Positions 13,355 through 21,700 of a stretch of DNA of 26,778 nucleotides are shown piece after piece; the first letter of the stretch is position 1; each line of letters begins with the position of its first letter. The position numbers and the translations under genes were made by a program. A model generated the notes under the pieces. That model saw nothing but the letters and a program-made list of their open reading frames with translations, was not told where the DNA came from and searched no databases. The stretch comes from Candidatus Iainarchaeum sp. (GTDB lineage: Archaea > Iainarchaeota > Iainarchaeia > Iainarchaeales > GCA-2688035), in the NCBI GenBank assembly GCA_017610205.1, contig JAFCCL010000001.1, forward strand, positions 1 through 26,778. The letters are read 5' to 3'.

Positions 13355-14497
13355 TTATTTGCCGCTGTTATATTCTGCTTGGATTTCTTCTGCTGTTAGT
13401 GCGCGGTTGAAGATTTTGGCGGAGTCGATGAGGCCAGTCATGGCGTGATAACTGCCACACCAACTAGTATTGTATATTCCTAAATTAACCTTGGAAATAT
13501 TGCCATAAGAACCAGAAAGATTAGACGCGCTCTGATATAACTTGCCGTCTACGTATGTTTGATGGGTAAGAGCTGGCAAGTTAAAAACATAAGCAAAATG
13601 GTGCCAAGAATTATCTGCAGGTACATTTGTTGCTATTGGCGCATTTTCTCCAGAATTATTAATAACATAAGACCCATAGTTTCTTATCCAAAAACCGCTG
13701 CAACAACCAGCCATATAGCACTGCGTTTGAAATCTAACAATTGCTCCGCTAGCAGTAATTTTCAACCAAGTTGTAAAAGTAAATTTATCTTGAGGTAAAT
13801 TATATATTGGGTTTGACGAAGTTATATTTTGGTAAGCTCCAGTTGGACAAGGCGTACTAGCAGTTTTCGCAGATGGTAAATAATTAAGACCCTTGCCATT
13901 TATTCCATTGTCCCACATGATATTGGTCCCAATACCGCCAATGCTAAGTGTGTTTTTGTTTCCGCTTTCATCTGCTGTTTCTGTTCCGGTTCCTTCGTTG
14001 AACCAGTATGCTGCCACTAGCCCTGGTGGCCCTCCGTTTCCTGATTTGATTTCTGTTTTTCTGTCCAAGCCTGTTGCATCAGTGTATTCTATGAATATGC
14101 TGCTGTTTTCTCCGTTTTTTTGAACTGCAAGGTTTTCCAGGAGGATTTCGCTGCCAGCGGTTAGTTCTAGTGGGAAGTCGGTTGCTGGGTCTATTGTTTG
14201 CCTGTTTAGTGTGTATCCTGTTAGAGTGTCGGCTATGTCTCCGGAAAATGTGATGGAATTGATTGTGATTTTTCCGCCTGTTATGTTTTGCAATACTAGG
14301 CTTGCTGTGTTTTCTGTTATTGAGCTTCCTTTTAGCATGATTTTTGAAGGGTCAGAGCTTGAAAAACTGGCAGTAGTAGAAGTTGGGTTTATGATGAAAA
14401 CAAGCACTCCAACAACACTGGCAATTATTACCAGTGCCCAGCCGTATGTCATTAAGTATTCTAATCCGGATTGTGCTTTTTGGTTCATTTGTTTCAA
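13355..14497 (-). CDS. Type IV pilin-like protein (class III signal peptide) with C-terminal LamG domain
   Basis: N-terminal QKA|QSGLEYLMTYGWALVIIASVVGVLVFII with E at +5; C-terminal GLVAAYWFNEGTG...WHHFAYV...YVDG...GLIDSAKIFNRALTAEEI. Start is TTG 14497 or ATG 14488. Confidence 0.88.
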   Translation of the reverse strand: MKQMNQKAQSGLEYLMTYGWALVIIASVVGVLVFIINPTSTTASFSSSDPSKIMLKGSSITENTASLVLQNITGGKITINSITFSGDIADTLTGYTLNRQTIDPATDFPLELTAGSEILLENLAVQKNGENSSIFIEYTDATGLDRKTEIKSGNGGPPGLVAAYWFNEGTGTETADESGNKNTLSIGGIGTNIMWDNGINGKGLNYLPSAKTASTPCPTGAYQNITSSNPIYNLPQDKFTFTTWLKITASGAIVRFQTQCYMAGCCSGFWIRNYGSYVINNSGENAPIATNVPADNSWHHFAYVFNLPALTHQTYVDGKLYQSASNLSGSYGNISKVNLGIYNTSWCGSYHAMTGLIDSAKIFNRALTAEEIQAEYNSGK

Positions 14498-14600
14498 TTA
14501 GCTTTAAACTCTTATTTATTGTTTTGCTTTGCTTTTTTTGTGTGTGGGTGGGTGTTTGCCTTTTTTTTCACTTTTTTTGAGTAGTAGTATGAGCAGACAG

Positions 14601-14695
14601 TTTGGTTCATTGGCTGGCTTCTTTTGCTCTTTTCTACATCTGGCTTTTTGCTGCAAATGCTTTAAAGCTTTGTCTTTGTTTTGGCTATTGTGGAA
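14601..14695. repeat. Intergenic repeat B, copy 1 (95 bp; contains AAAGCTTTAAAG TATA-like box on the minus strand)
   Basis: Identical to 16229-16323. Confidence 0.95.
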
Positions 14696-14699
14696 ATGC

Positions 14700-14835
14700 C
14701 TGTTTACACTTACGGTGTTTTGGTCTCTCATCAGGTTTTTTTTACAAGACCTTCTTTGTAGTATTCTCTATTCCTTTTAAGGTATTGGGTGCCAAACAGT
14801 TTTTCAAAATTTTCAACAAAGTTTTCTTTTTTCAT
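14700..14835 (-). pseudogene. 5' fragment of a possible SWIM zinc-finger family gene, frameshifted and truncated at repeat B
   Basis: ATG 14835 gives MKKENFVENFEKLFGTQYLKRNREYYKEGLVK, then a shift in an A8 run to NLMRDQNTVSV. This resembles the RGxxYyxxGxV N-terminal motif of SWIM-domain proteins (family recognition from memory). Confidence 0.4.
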
Positions 14836-14863
14836 TTTTAGCGCTCTTTTAGTGCAGTTCATT

Positions 14864-15661
14864 TTATTTCAATTTGTATTTGAATTCTTTTGCTATTGCT
14901 TTGATTGCTGTTTTGTAATTTATTGGCTTGTTTGTCAGGCTGGTTATTTCTTGTTCCCATTTTGAGTATATTCTGTTCGCGTTTTTGAAGATTTTTTCTG
15001 TTTTGTATTGCAGGTCTGCTTCTTTGAGTTTTGTTTTGACCAGTTTTGAGTCAATTTTTTGTTTTGATTTGATTATTTGGTATGTGTCAAAGTAGTCTCT
15101 GGGTTGGTTTCTTTGGAATAGCGCGCGTATCTTTTCAGCAACTAGTTCTGTTTGGTTCAGCATTGTTACACTGAATTTTGGAATTTCTTTGTAAAAGTGT
15201 TTTGCTTGTTTTTTCTCTGGTTTCAGGTGGATTTTTGTGTGCGCATTCAGGTCAACGTTGATGTATTCTTTTTCCCTGAAATAGCTTTTGTAGTAAACCT
15301 GTATTCTCACAAATTTGTCTGTTTTCTTGTCTGTTTTCTTGTCTGTTTTCTTGTCTGTTTTCTTGTCTGTTTTAATCTTTGTAAATAACTCCTGATTTTC
15401 TTTAACTATTTTCCCGATTTTCTTTTTCACTTCGTTTGTTTTTGCTTTGCAGCTGAAGTCCAAGTCCTCGCTTAACCTTGTGTGGTTTAATACAAGTTTG
15501 TTTAATGCTGTGCCACCTTTGAAGTAAATCCCTTCAATGTCTTTGATTAAATAAAGTAGAACTGTAAGAAAGTAGTCTTTTTCCAGGTAAGTAATGTTGA
15601 ATCCTTTCTCTCCGGCCAGGTAGCGGAGTTTTGTTTCTGTTATTCTTTTGATTTCAGCCAT
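14864..15661 (-). CDS. abiEii: AbiEii/AbiGii family nucleotidyltransferase toxin (type IV TA)
   Basis: LEKDY, FKGGTAL, RLSEDLDFS, AEKIRAL...RDYFD motifs; overlaps the upstream antitoxin gene by 22 nt. Confidence 0.9.
   Translation of the reverse strand: MAEIKRITETKLRYLAGEKGFNITYLEKDYFLTVLLYLIKDIEGIYFKGGTALNKLVLNHTRLSEDLDFSCKAKTNEVKKKIGKIVKENQELFTKIKTDKKTDKKTDKKTDKKTDKFVRIQVYYKSYFREKEYINVDLNAHTKIHLKPEKKQAKHFYKEIPKFSVTMLNQTELVAEKIRALFQRNQPRDYFDTYQIIKSKQKIDSKLVKTKLKEADLQYKTEKIFKNANRIYSKWEQEITSLTNKPINYKTAIKAIAKEFKYKLK
15315..15373. repeat. 12-bp in-frame tandem repeat, about 5 copies, encoding (KTDK)5
   Basis: ttgtctgttttc repeated inside the toxin gene. Confidence 0.95.
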
Positions 15662-16140
15662 TCTTTTACCTTCTTTTTTGTTGCAATATTGAATCCGTGG
15701 CTCTTGATTTGTTTCCTTTCAAAACCTGTAATTCTATGTTTTCTTAGTGTCTTGAAGACAATTTTGTGGTTGAATATTTCCCTTCCTCCCCTTTTGTTTG
15801 TGCAATAGACTTCTGTTTTTGTTGGAATCTGGTCAATAAGTTTCCAGTAGTGCGCTGCAGCGTAACCGTTAATGTAGTAGTTTTTTCCGTTAAATATTTC
15901 GTCTACTAGGATGAAAGGGTGTTCTGACCAATAGCCTTTGAAGGCCTTCACTGGGATAAGGTAGTACTTCGATTTGTTGAGTTTAATTATTCTGCCTTTA
16001 TTCTTAAGTTTGTGAAGGTAAACCGAAACTTCGTTGTAGTTCTTGAAGAAACGCTTTATGTCTTTTCTTGTAAAAAAGAATTTTTCGTCAAGTTCAAGAA
16101 ATGAAACAATTTCTATTTCTTTTCCAGAAAGTCCATTCAT
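15640..16140 (-). CDS. abiEi: AbiEi family antitoxin / wHTH transcriptional regulator (type IV TA)
   Basis: LHKLKNKGRIIKLNKSKY winged HTH; YYINGYAAAHYWKLIDQIP AbiEi-type motif; directly upstream of AbiEii. Confidence 0.82.
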   Translation of the reverse strand: MNGLSGKEIEIVSFLELDEKFFFTRKDIKRFFKNYNEVSVYLHKLKNKGRIIKLNKSKYYLIPVKAFKGYWSEHPFILVDEIFNGKNYYINGYAAAHYWKLIDQIPTKTEVYCTNKRGGREIFNHKIVFKTLRKHRITGFERKQIKSHGFNIATKKKVKEWLKSKE

Positions 16141-16184
16141 ATTGATGCGCCAATATTATCAAATCATTAATATTAATACATCAA
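16139..16184. promoter_or_regulatory. Inverted repeats in the abiE promoter (candidate autorepression operator)
   Basis: ATATTG-atgcgc-CAATAT overlapping the start codon, ATTAATATTAAT palindrome and TTGATG...CATCAA. AbiEi proteins are known to bind promoter inverted repeats. Confidence 0.4.
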
Positions 16185-16228
16185 GTGTTTTTAAACCTTT
16201 GCTCAAGCAAAACAATGTGGGCGCGCAC

Positions 16229-16323
16229 TTTGGTTCATTGGCTGGCTTCTTTTGCTCTTTTCTACATCTGGCTTTTTGCTGCAAATGCTTTAAAGCTTTG
16301 TCTTTGTTTTGGCTATTGTGGAA
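16229..16323. repeat. Intergenic repeat B, copy 2
   Basis: Identical to 14601-14695; the pair brackets the abiE module. Confidence 0.95.
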
Positions 16324-16404
16324 GTTTTGTTCTTTTTTTGTGTGGAAGGAGGCGTGTGTGAAGTTTTTTTTTGTGTAAATGTTTTTTTTTGTTTGAAGAA
16401 GAAA

Positions 16405-17655
16405 TTAATTAGGCAGCTGTTTGTTGTTTGCTTTTGAGGGCTTGTTTTTGGCTTGCATCCATTTCCATGCTGGCTTAATGGCAATTTCTTTGTTGTTTTT
16501 TTGAAGTGTGTCTTCTTGGTTGTATGTAAGTATTAGGCCTTTTTTTAAATTGAATTTTTTCAATGCTTCTAAGAGTCCTGAAACTTCTCTTTTTAGGTTG
16601 TCTTCTGTGAGGGAGTAGCATACTTGTATTGCTCCCGCTATTTTTTCTTTTTCTTTGAAAACAAAGTCGCATTCGCCTTTTTCTTTGAAGTAAAAAATTT
16701 CTTTGTTTTTTCTCCTTAAGTGCAAAAAGACCTGGTTTTCCAGCATTCTTCCTTTGTCTTTTGAAAAGGATATTGAGTTTGTTGCCGATAATCCGTTGTC
16801 TATGGAATAGATTTTTCTTGGATTTATTTGCTGTTTTTTGAAAGAGTAATCGAATTTTGGGGTTGTGAATATTAGGTAGGCGTCTTCAAAAAACGAAATG
16901 TAATCGATAATGCTTTGTACTGAAGCTACTGAAAACATTTTTTTTAAAGAGTTGTATGAGAATTCTTTGCCAACGTTGCTGATTAGATATATTGCTAGTT
17001 TTTTTAACAGCCTGGAGTTTCTTATGCCAAACCTTATTGCCACGTCACGCATAATGACATCTTTGAGTAATTCTTGCAGTACATAATTTTGTTTCTTTTC
17101 AAGGTATTCTGGAAATCCGCCGTTTTCAAAGTATTTTGCAAAAGAGTTTTTTGATGGTTTGAATTTATGGTATTTTAAGAATTCTTTGAAAGAGAAAGGA
17201 AATAGTTCGTGGCTGAGGTGCCTGCCGGTAAGCAGTGTTCCGAGTTCTCTGCTTAAAAGTGATGCGTTAGAGCCTGTCAACACAACCTTTTCCTTTTTGT
17301 CTATAAGCCAACGTACAAACTTTTCCCATTTTGGCACGGTTTGTATTTCGTCAAAAAAATAAATTCCGTTCTTTCCATAGTGTTCCTTAAAAATCTCGTT
17401 TGCCTTTGTAAAGTCCTGCAGCCCAAAACCATCTAAGCGAACGTCCTCCAAATTAAGGTAGTAAAATTCTTTTTCTCTCTTTAAGAGCTGTTTTAAAAGC
17501 GTGCTTTTTCCGCAGCGCCGTATGCCTGAAATGGCTATTGCAAAGGAAGTCATTGGCTTAATAACTGCCAAGTCTTCTCTTGGAACCGTTTTTTCGCCCA
17601 GAGCAAGCTCTTTTCTTTGGGCTGCAATTATTTCCTCCAGTTTCTCTTTTAACAT
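16405..17655 (-). CDS. AAA+ ATPase, COG1373 (AAA_14 + DUF4143)
   Basis: GIRRCGKS, YFFDEIQ, LTGSNAS, LTGRH, GGFPE, RKIYSIDNG, MLEN, ECDFV; paralogue of 11774-13036. Confidence 0.93.
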   Translation of the reverse strand: MLKEKLEEIIAAQRKELALGEKTVPREDLAVIKPMTSFAIAISGIRRCGKSTLLKQLLKREKEFYYLNLEDVRLDGFGLQDFTKANEIFKEHYGKNGIYFFDEIQTVPKWEKFVRWLIDKKEKVVLTGSNASLLSRELGTLLTGRHLSHELFPFSFKEFLKYHKFKPSKNSFAKYFENGGFPEYLEKKQNYVLQELLKDVIMRDVAIRFGIRNSRLLKKLAIYLISNVGKEFSYNSLKKMFSVASVQSIIDYISFFEDAYLIFTTPKFDYSFKKQQINPRKIYSIDNGLSATNSISFSKDKGRMLENQVFLHLRRKNKEIFYFKEKGECDFVFKEKEKIAGAIQVCYSLTEDNLKREVSGLLEALKKFNLKKGLILTYNQEDTLQKNNKEIAIKPAWKWMQAKNKPSKANNKQLPN

Positions 17656-17678
17656 GACTAATTAATATGCAAAAACAA

Positions 17679-17728
17679 ATATAAAGCTTTCTATTAGTAA
17701 TAGAAACTTTCTTCTATTGGTAATAGAT
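17679..17728 (-). promoter_or_regulatory. BRE/TATA (AAAGCTTTATAT) plus two tandem palindromes upstream of the ATPase
   Basis: TATA about 25 nt upstream of ATG 17655; TTTCTATTA-G-TAATAGAAA (17688-17706) and TCTATT-GGT-AATAGA (~17713-17727). Confidence 0.5.
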
Positions 17729-17785
17729 ATTACCGGCAGGCTTTGGAGGCTTGTTTTCACATTGTTTTCAGAACTGCTGTTGGGA

Positions 17786-17851
17786 GGGAATGTTAACTTG
17801 CCTTGCTGTGTTTTGGTTTAAAAAGCGGTCTTTTTTTTCGTTTTTTGTGGA
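17786..17851. repeat. Intergenic repeat A, copy 3
   Basis: Matches 13268-13333 with one mismatch. Confidence 0.95.
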
Positions 17852-17995
17852 CGCTTGTTGCTTTTCCTTTTTTTTGGTTAGTAGGTTAATCCTGTTAGGA
17901 ATAGGGGTATTTTGTTTTCGGTTGTGTCTAGGCTGTCGATGATGTAGTAGTCTGCTTTTTGTTTGCGGTTTTTTGTTGCAGGCCAGGAACTGCCT

Positions 17996-18742
17996 TTAAT
18001 CCCTTTTCCTGGTTTTGTAAAGCAGCAGGACAGAAATCAGAACTATGGCGATAATAACTGCGCCAAGCGTGAGCAGCAGGTCGGGGTTTTTGAATTTTTG
18101 GCACTGGTTATTTATACAGACCATGTCTGTTTTGCAGGTTGTTCCAGTTGCTAGGTTGCTGTAAGCGCATTTTCCTTCAGTGCAGTAATCCCTAGTGCAT
18201 GGATTGAAGTCATTGCATTTAATGCCAGTGCAGTCGTTTTCTGAAACTGGGATTAGGGCAGTTGGGGTTTCCATTCCAGCAAAGGCTGTCTCAATCGCTT
18301 TTAGCCTACTTTCATCAAGTTCAACGCTGTAGCTCACCCTTTTCACCCCGTCTACTTCTATTATCCCAAAAGAAAACTTGATTACTGGGTCGGTTTCCAA
18401 GACAAGGAAATTCAAATCGCTTTTCACGACCCCAACATGCTGTGCGATTTCTTTTGGGATTGTTTCAATCAAGGAAATGTTTTCAAGCGCATTGCCTGAA
18501 ACGTTCTGCAGGTTTAAGGTAAACCTGATATTATAGCCTGTTATACCTTCTGTTCCAAGCAAGGCAACGGTTTTCATTTCCCTGCTGAAGAACAGGTCTG
18601 CCTGCTCTGCAACCTTTTTCTCGATTGACGAGCCACCTGGGCCTACTTCAACTATTACAAGGTTTTTTGATGGCAACACATAGCCTTGCACAGGCATGCA
18701 CAAAAAAGCAAGCAATAACAAGGCAATCGCTACTCTTTTCAT
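17996..18742 (-). CDS. Secreted, membrane-anchored protein with Cys-rich (Dictyostelium repeat-like CNDxNxCTxDxC) region; paralogue of the giant 2 C-terminal anchor module
   Basis: Signal peptide MKRVAIALLLLAFLCMPVQG; CNDFNPCTRDYCTEGKC; C-terminal TM helix with basic tail; ATGA overlap with the upstream gene. Confidence 0.85.
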   Translation of the reverse strand: MKRVAIALLLLAFLCMPVQGYVLPSKNLVIVEVGPGGSSIEKKVAEQADLFFSREMKTVALLGTEGITGYNIRFTLNLQNVSGNALENISLIETIPKEIAQHVGVVKSDLNFLVLETDPVIKFSFGIIEVDGVKRVSYSVELDESRLKAIETAFAGMETPTALIPVSENDCTGIKCNDFNPCTRDYCTEGKCAYSNLATGTTCKTDMVCINNQCQKFKNPDLLLTLGAVIIAIVLISVLLLYKTRKRD

Positions 18743-21700
18743 ACTGTTTTACCTCGCTTTCTTTTCCACTTCCTTGTTGTTATCTGTGCTGTCAGGCCTA
18801 GGGTGATTGCCCCAACAAGCAGGATTATCGCTATTGTGTCGGCTTTTGTTGCGATGGCAATTACCCCTTCAACCGGCTTTATTGGCACACATTTTCCCTG
18901 CCTGCATACTTTGCCAGTGCCGCATTTTGCTTCTTCTTTCATTGCTGCATATGTGCATTTTCCTTCAACGCAGTAATCCCTGGTGCAGGTGTCAAAGTCG
19001 TTGCATAGCACGCCCATGCATTTGTCCTCTGACTGCAGTTGAACTAAGACAGTTGGCGCTTGCATTGCATTAAACATTTCGGCTGTCATTTCTCCTTTTT
19101 CAAAGCTTCTTTCAAAGCTGTATTCAACGCTTTTCATTTTGCCTGGCTGAATGTCTCCCAAGAAGAAGCGTAGGATTGTTGGGTCTGCTTCCATTATGGA
19201 GAAGTCTGACCCGCTTTCAACCAAGGCCGCGTTTTCAACCATCTCCTTTGGGATTGCTTCAAGTATTTCAACGCCTTTGAGGGCTTTGATGCCAATGTTT
19301 TCCACTTCAATTATTATAGCGTTTTTGTATCCTGTTATTCCTCTTGTTGTCATTAGTGCAAAGCTTTTGATGTTTCTTTTTATAGTGAGCTCGTTTGCGG
19401 TTGCGAACCTTTTTTGCTGGAGTTCAATCTGTTTTTCTGTTTGGTCCAATATCGGAATGCCTGGGTCTGCAAGTAAAACAAACCAGTTTACAAGTCCTAG
19501 AAGTTGCTTTGTTTCAATCGCCCTTGCTTGTGGTCCGACCCCCATAATTCCCCAGGGCACTCCCAAGGACAGTGTGGTATTTGTGCATATTTCTGCTGAA
19601 TTGCTTGCGTTGTCCTCTGCTTTTGCGCAGTATGTGTGGCTGCCGGCGCTCTGTGAGCTGAATGTATAGCTTGTGTTTGCGCTGTTGCTTATCCAGCTAC
19701 CTGAGTCGGCTTTTATGTAGTATGCTGCTATTCCGCTTGTTGCATCGGTTCCAGTATACACTAAACTTACTGTTGTGCTTGTTTGGCTGCTTCCTGTTGT
19801 TGGTGAAGAAATTGTTATTGTTGGCGCTGTTTTGTCTATTGCAAGGTAAACAAGCTTTGATGTTTCATTGTTGTCTGATGTGTTATCGCTCCAGTACCAT
19901 ATTTCATGGTTTCCGTCTGTTGTAAGTGATATTCCTCTGTTTAAATCTGCTCCCCATCCTTTTTGGTAGTTCACATCATCCAAACTATAATACATGTTTT
20001 TGCAACCGCTTAGTGTGTCAGTGCAGGAGAATTGTATGTTTGCATCTACCTTCTGCCAAACGTTGTTGCCGTCAACGTTGTCAATTGTTGTTGGGGGGTC
20101 TTTGTCTATTGCTAGATAAACCAGGTGTGCGTTTTCGTTGTTGTCTGTTGTGTCGTCTGACCAGTAAAATATTTCATGGTTTCCGTCTGTTGTAAGCGTT
20201 ATGCCTCTGTTTAAATCTGTTCCCCATCCGGTTTGATAGTTTGTGTCGTCAATAGAGTAGTAGAAGTTTTTGCAGCCGCTTCCTTCCTCGTCAGTGCAGG
20301 AGAATTGTATGTTTGCATCTACCTTCTGCCAAACGTTGTTGCCGTCAACGTTGTCGATTGTTGTTGGGGGGTCTTTGTCTATTGCTAGATAAACCAGGTG
20401 TGCGTTTTCGTTGTTGTCTGTTGTGTCGTCTGACCAGTACCAGATTGAGTGGTTTCCGTCTGTGTTGAGTACAATGCCAATGTTCACGTCTTCTTTGTTC
20501 CAGGAAAGCTGGGCGTTTGCGTCATTCACGCTGTAGTAAAAGTTTTTGCAGCCACTTCCTGCCCCGTCAGTGCAGCTGAATTGTATGTTTGCGTCTGTGT
20601 TCTGCCAGGTGTTGTTGCCGTCAGCATTGTTTATTGTTGTTGGTCCGACATTGTCTACCATAAAGCTTTTTTGGGTTGTTGCTGTGTTTGAGTCTATGCC
20701 ATCATTTATTTCTATTGTTACCCAGTAGTTGTTGTTTGTTATTGCAAAAATGTTCCAGTCCCATGAGCAAACCATTCCGGTTATTTTGCTGTTTGTATCG
20801 CAATTTCCGTGTTCTGTGTCTGTTGAAAGATTTATGTCCCCGATTATTTTGTTGGTTTTGCCGTTTGCGCTTGTATCATACCACATATTGAAGTTGAGGT
20901 CGTGGTTGTCTGCGTCGCTTGCCCAAAATTTGACTGACAGATTGCCATCTGTTGAATAAGAAAATGACGGCATTGTGGCATTTAAATCGTATCCATCAAT
21001 TTGCCATATGTTTGCGTCAGGCAAATATGAAAAACTTATGAAATTGCCGTCCATTGAATAGTGTTGTGCTCTAATCCAGCTTGAGCTTCTTAGTACACTT
21101 TCTACTCTGCATTCGTCCAAAAAACCGTCGAAGTGGTCGTCGTCTCCTGTGTCTTTGCTTCCAATGCCCATGTTTGCACTGTTTGCAAGGTCTGTAATTC
21201 TTGTTGAAGCGTCTGTTGCTACTGAGATTCCGTCAAGCCATAAAACTCCCAGTGTGTTTGTAACGTCTCTTGTTCCCCATACATCGTGCCATAATCCGTC
21301 CGGAGCCTTGGTGTAATTCGTGTGGTCGTCTCCGCTTCCGTCGTGGATATTTAAATGAAGGCTGTTGGTTGTAATTGCATCTCCCCATTCAAGTTTCCAC
21401 CATGTGTTAGTTGGCGGGGCAGTGTTTGTGCTTCCTTTTCTCATAAAGTCTGTGTCTGCAAGTGTTGCATCTGTTGGGGCGTTTGTTCTGCACATTATTG
21501 TAAAGTCTGCTGCTGCTGCGTTCAGGCTTGTGCTATTTGGAACAATGATATGGTCTGCTGAGGGGATTCCTCCGAATTCGGGATAGTATCCTAGTCCGTT
21601 TACGTCTTTGTTTGTTCTTGATGTTACCTGGATTGAAGCGGTGTTTGCGTCGTTGTTGTTTTCTGTTGAATCAAGGTAGTATCCGCTTGTTTCTGCAAAG

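Noticed and set aside
14516-14731. 71-aa minus-strand ORF and the similar 16290-16484 ORF
   Set aside because: They read through repeat B and A-rich intergenic DNA; only the first few codons of 14731 may belong to the relic gene.
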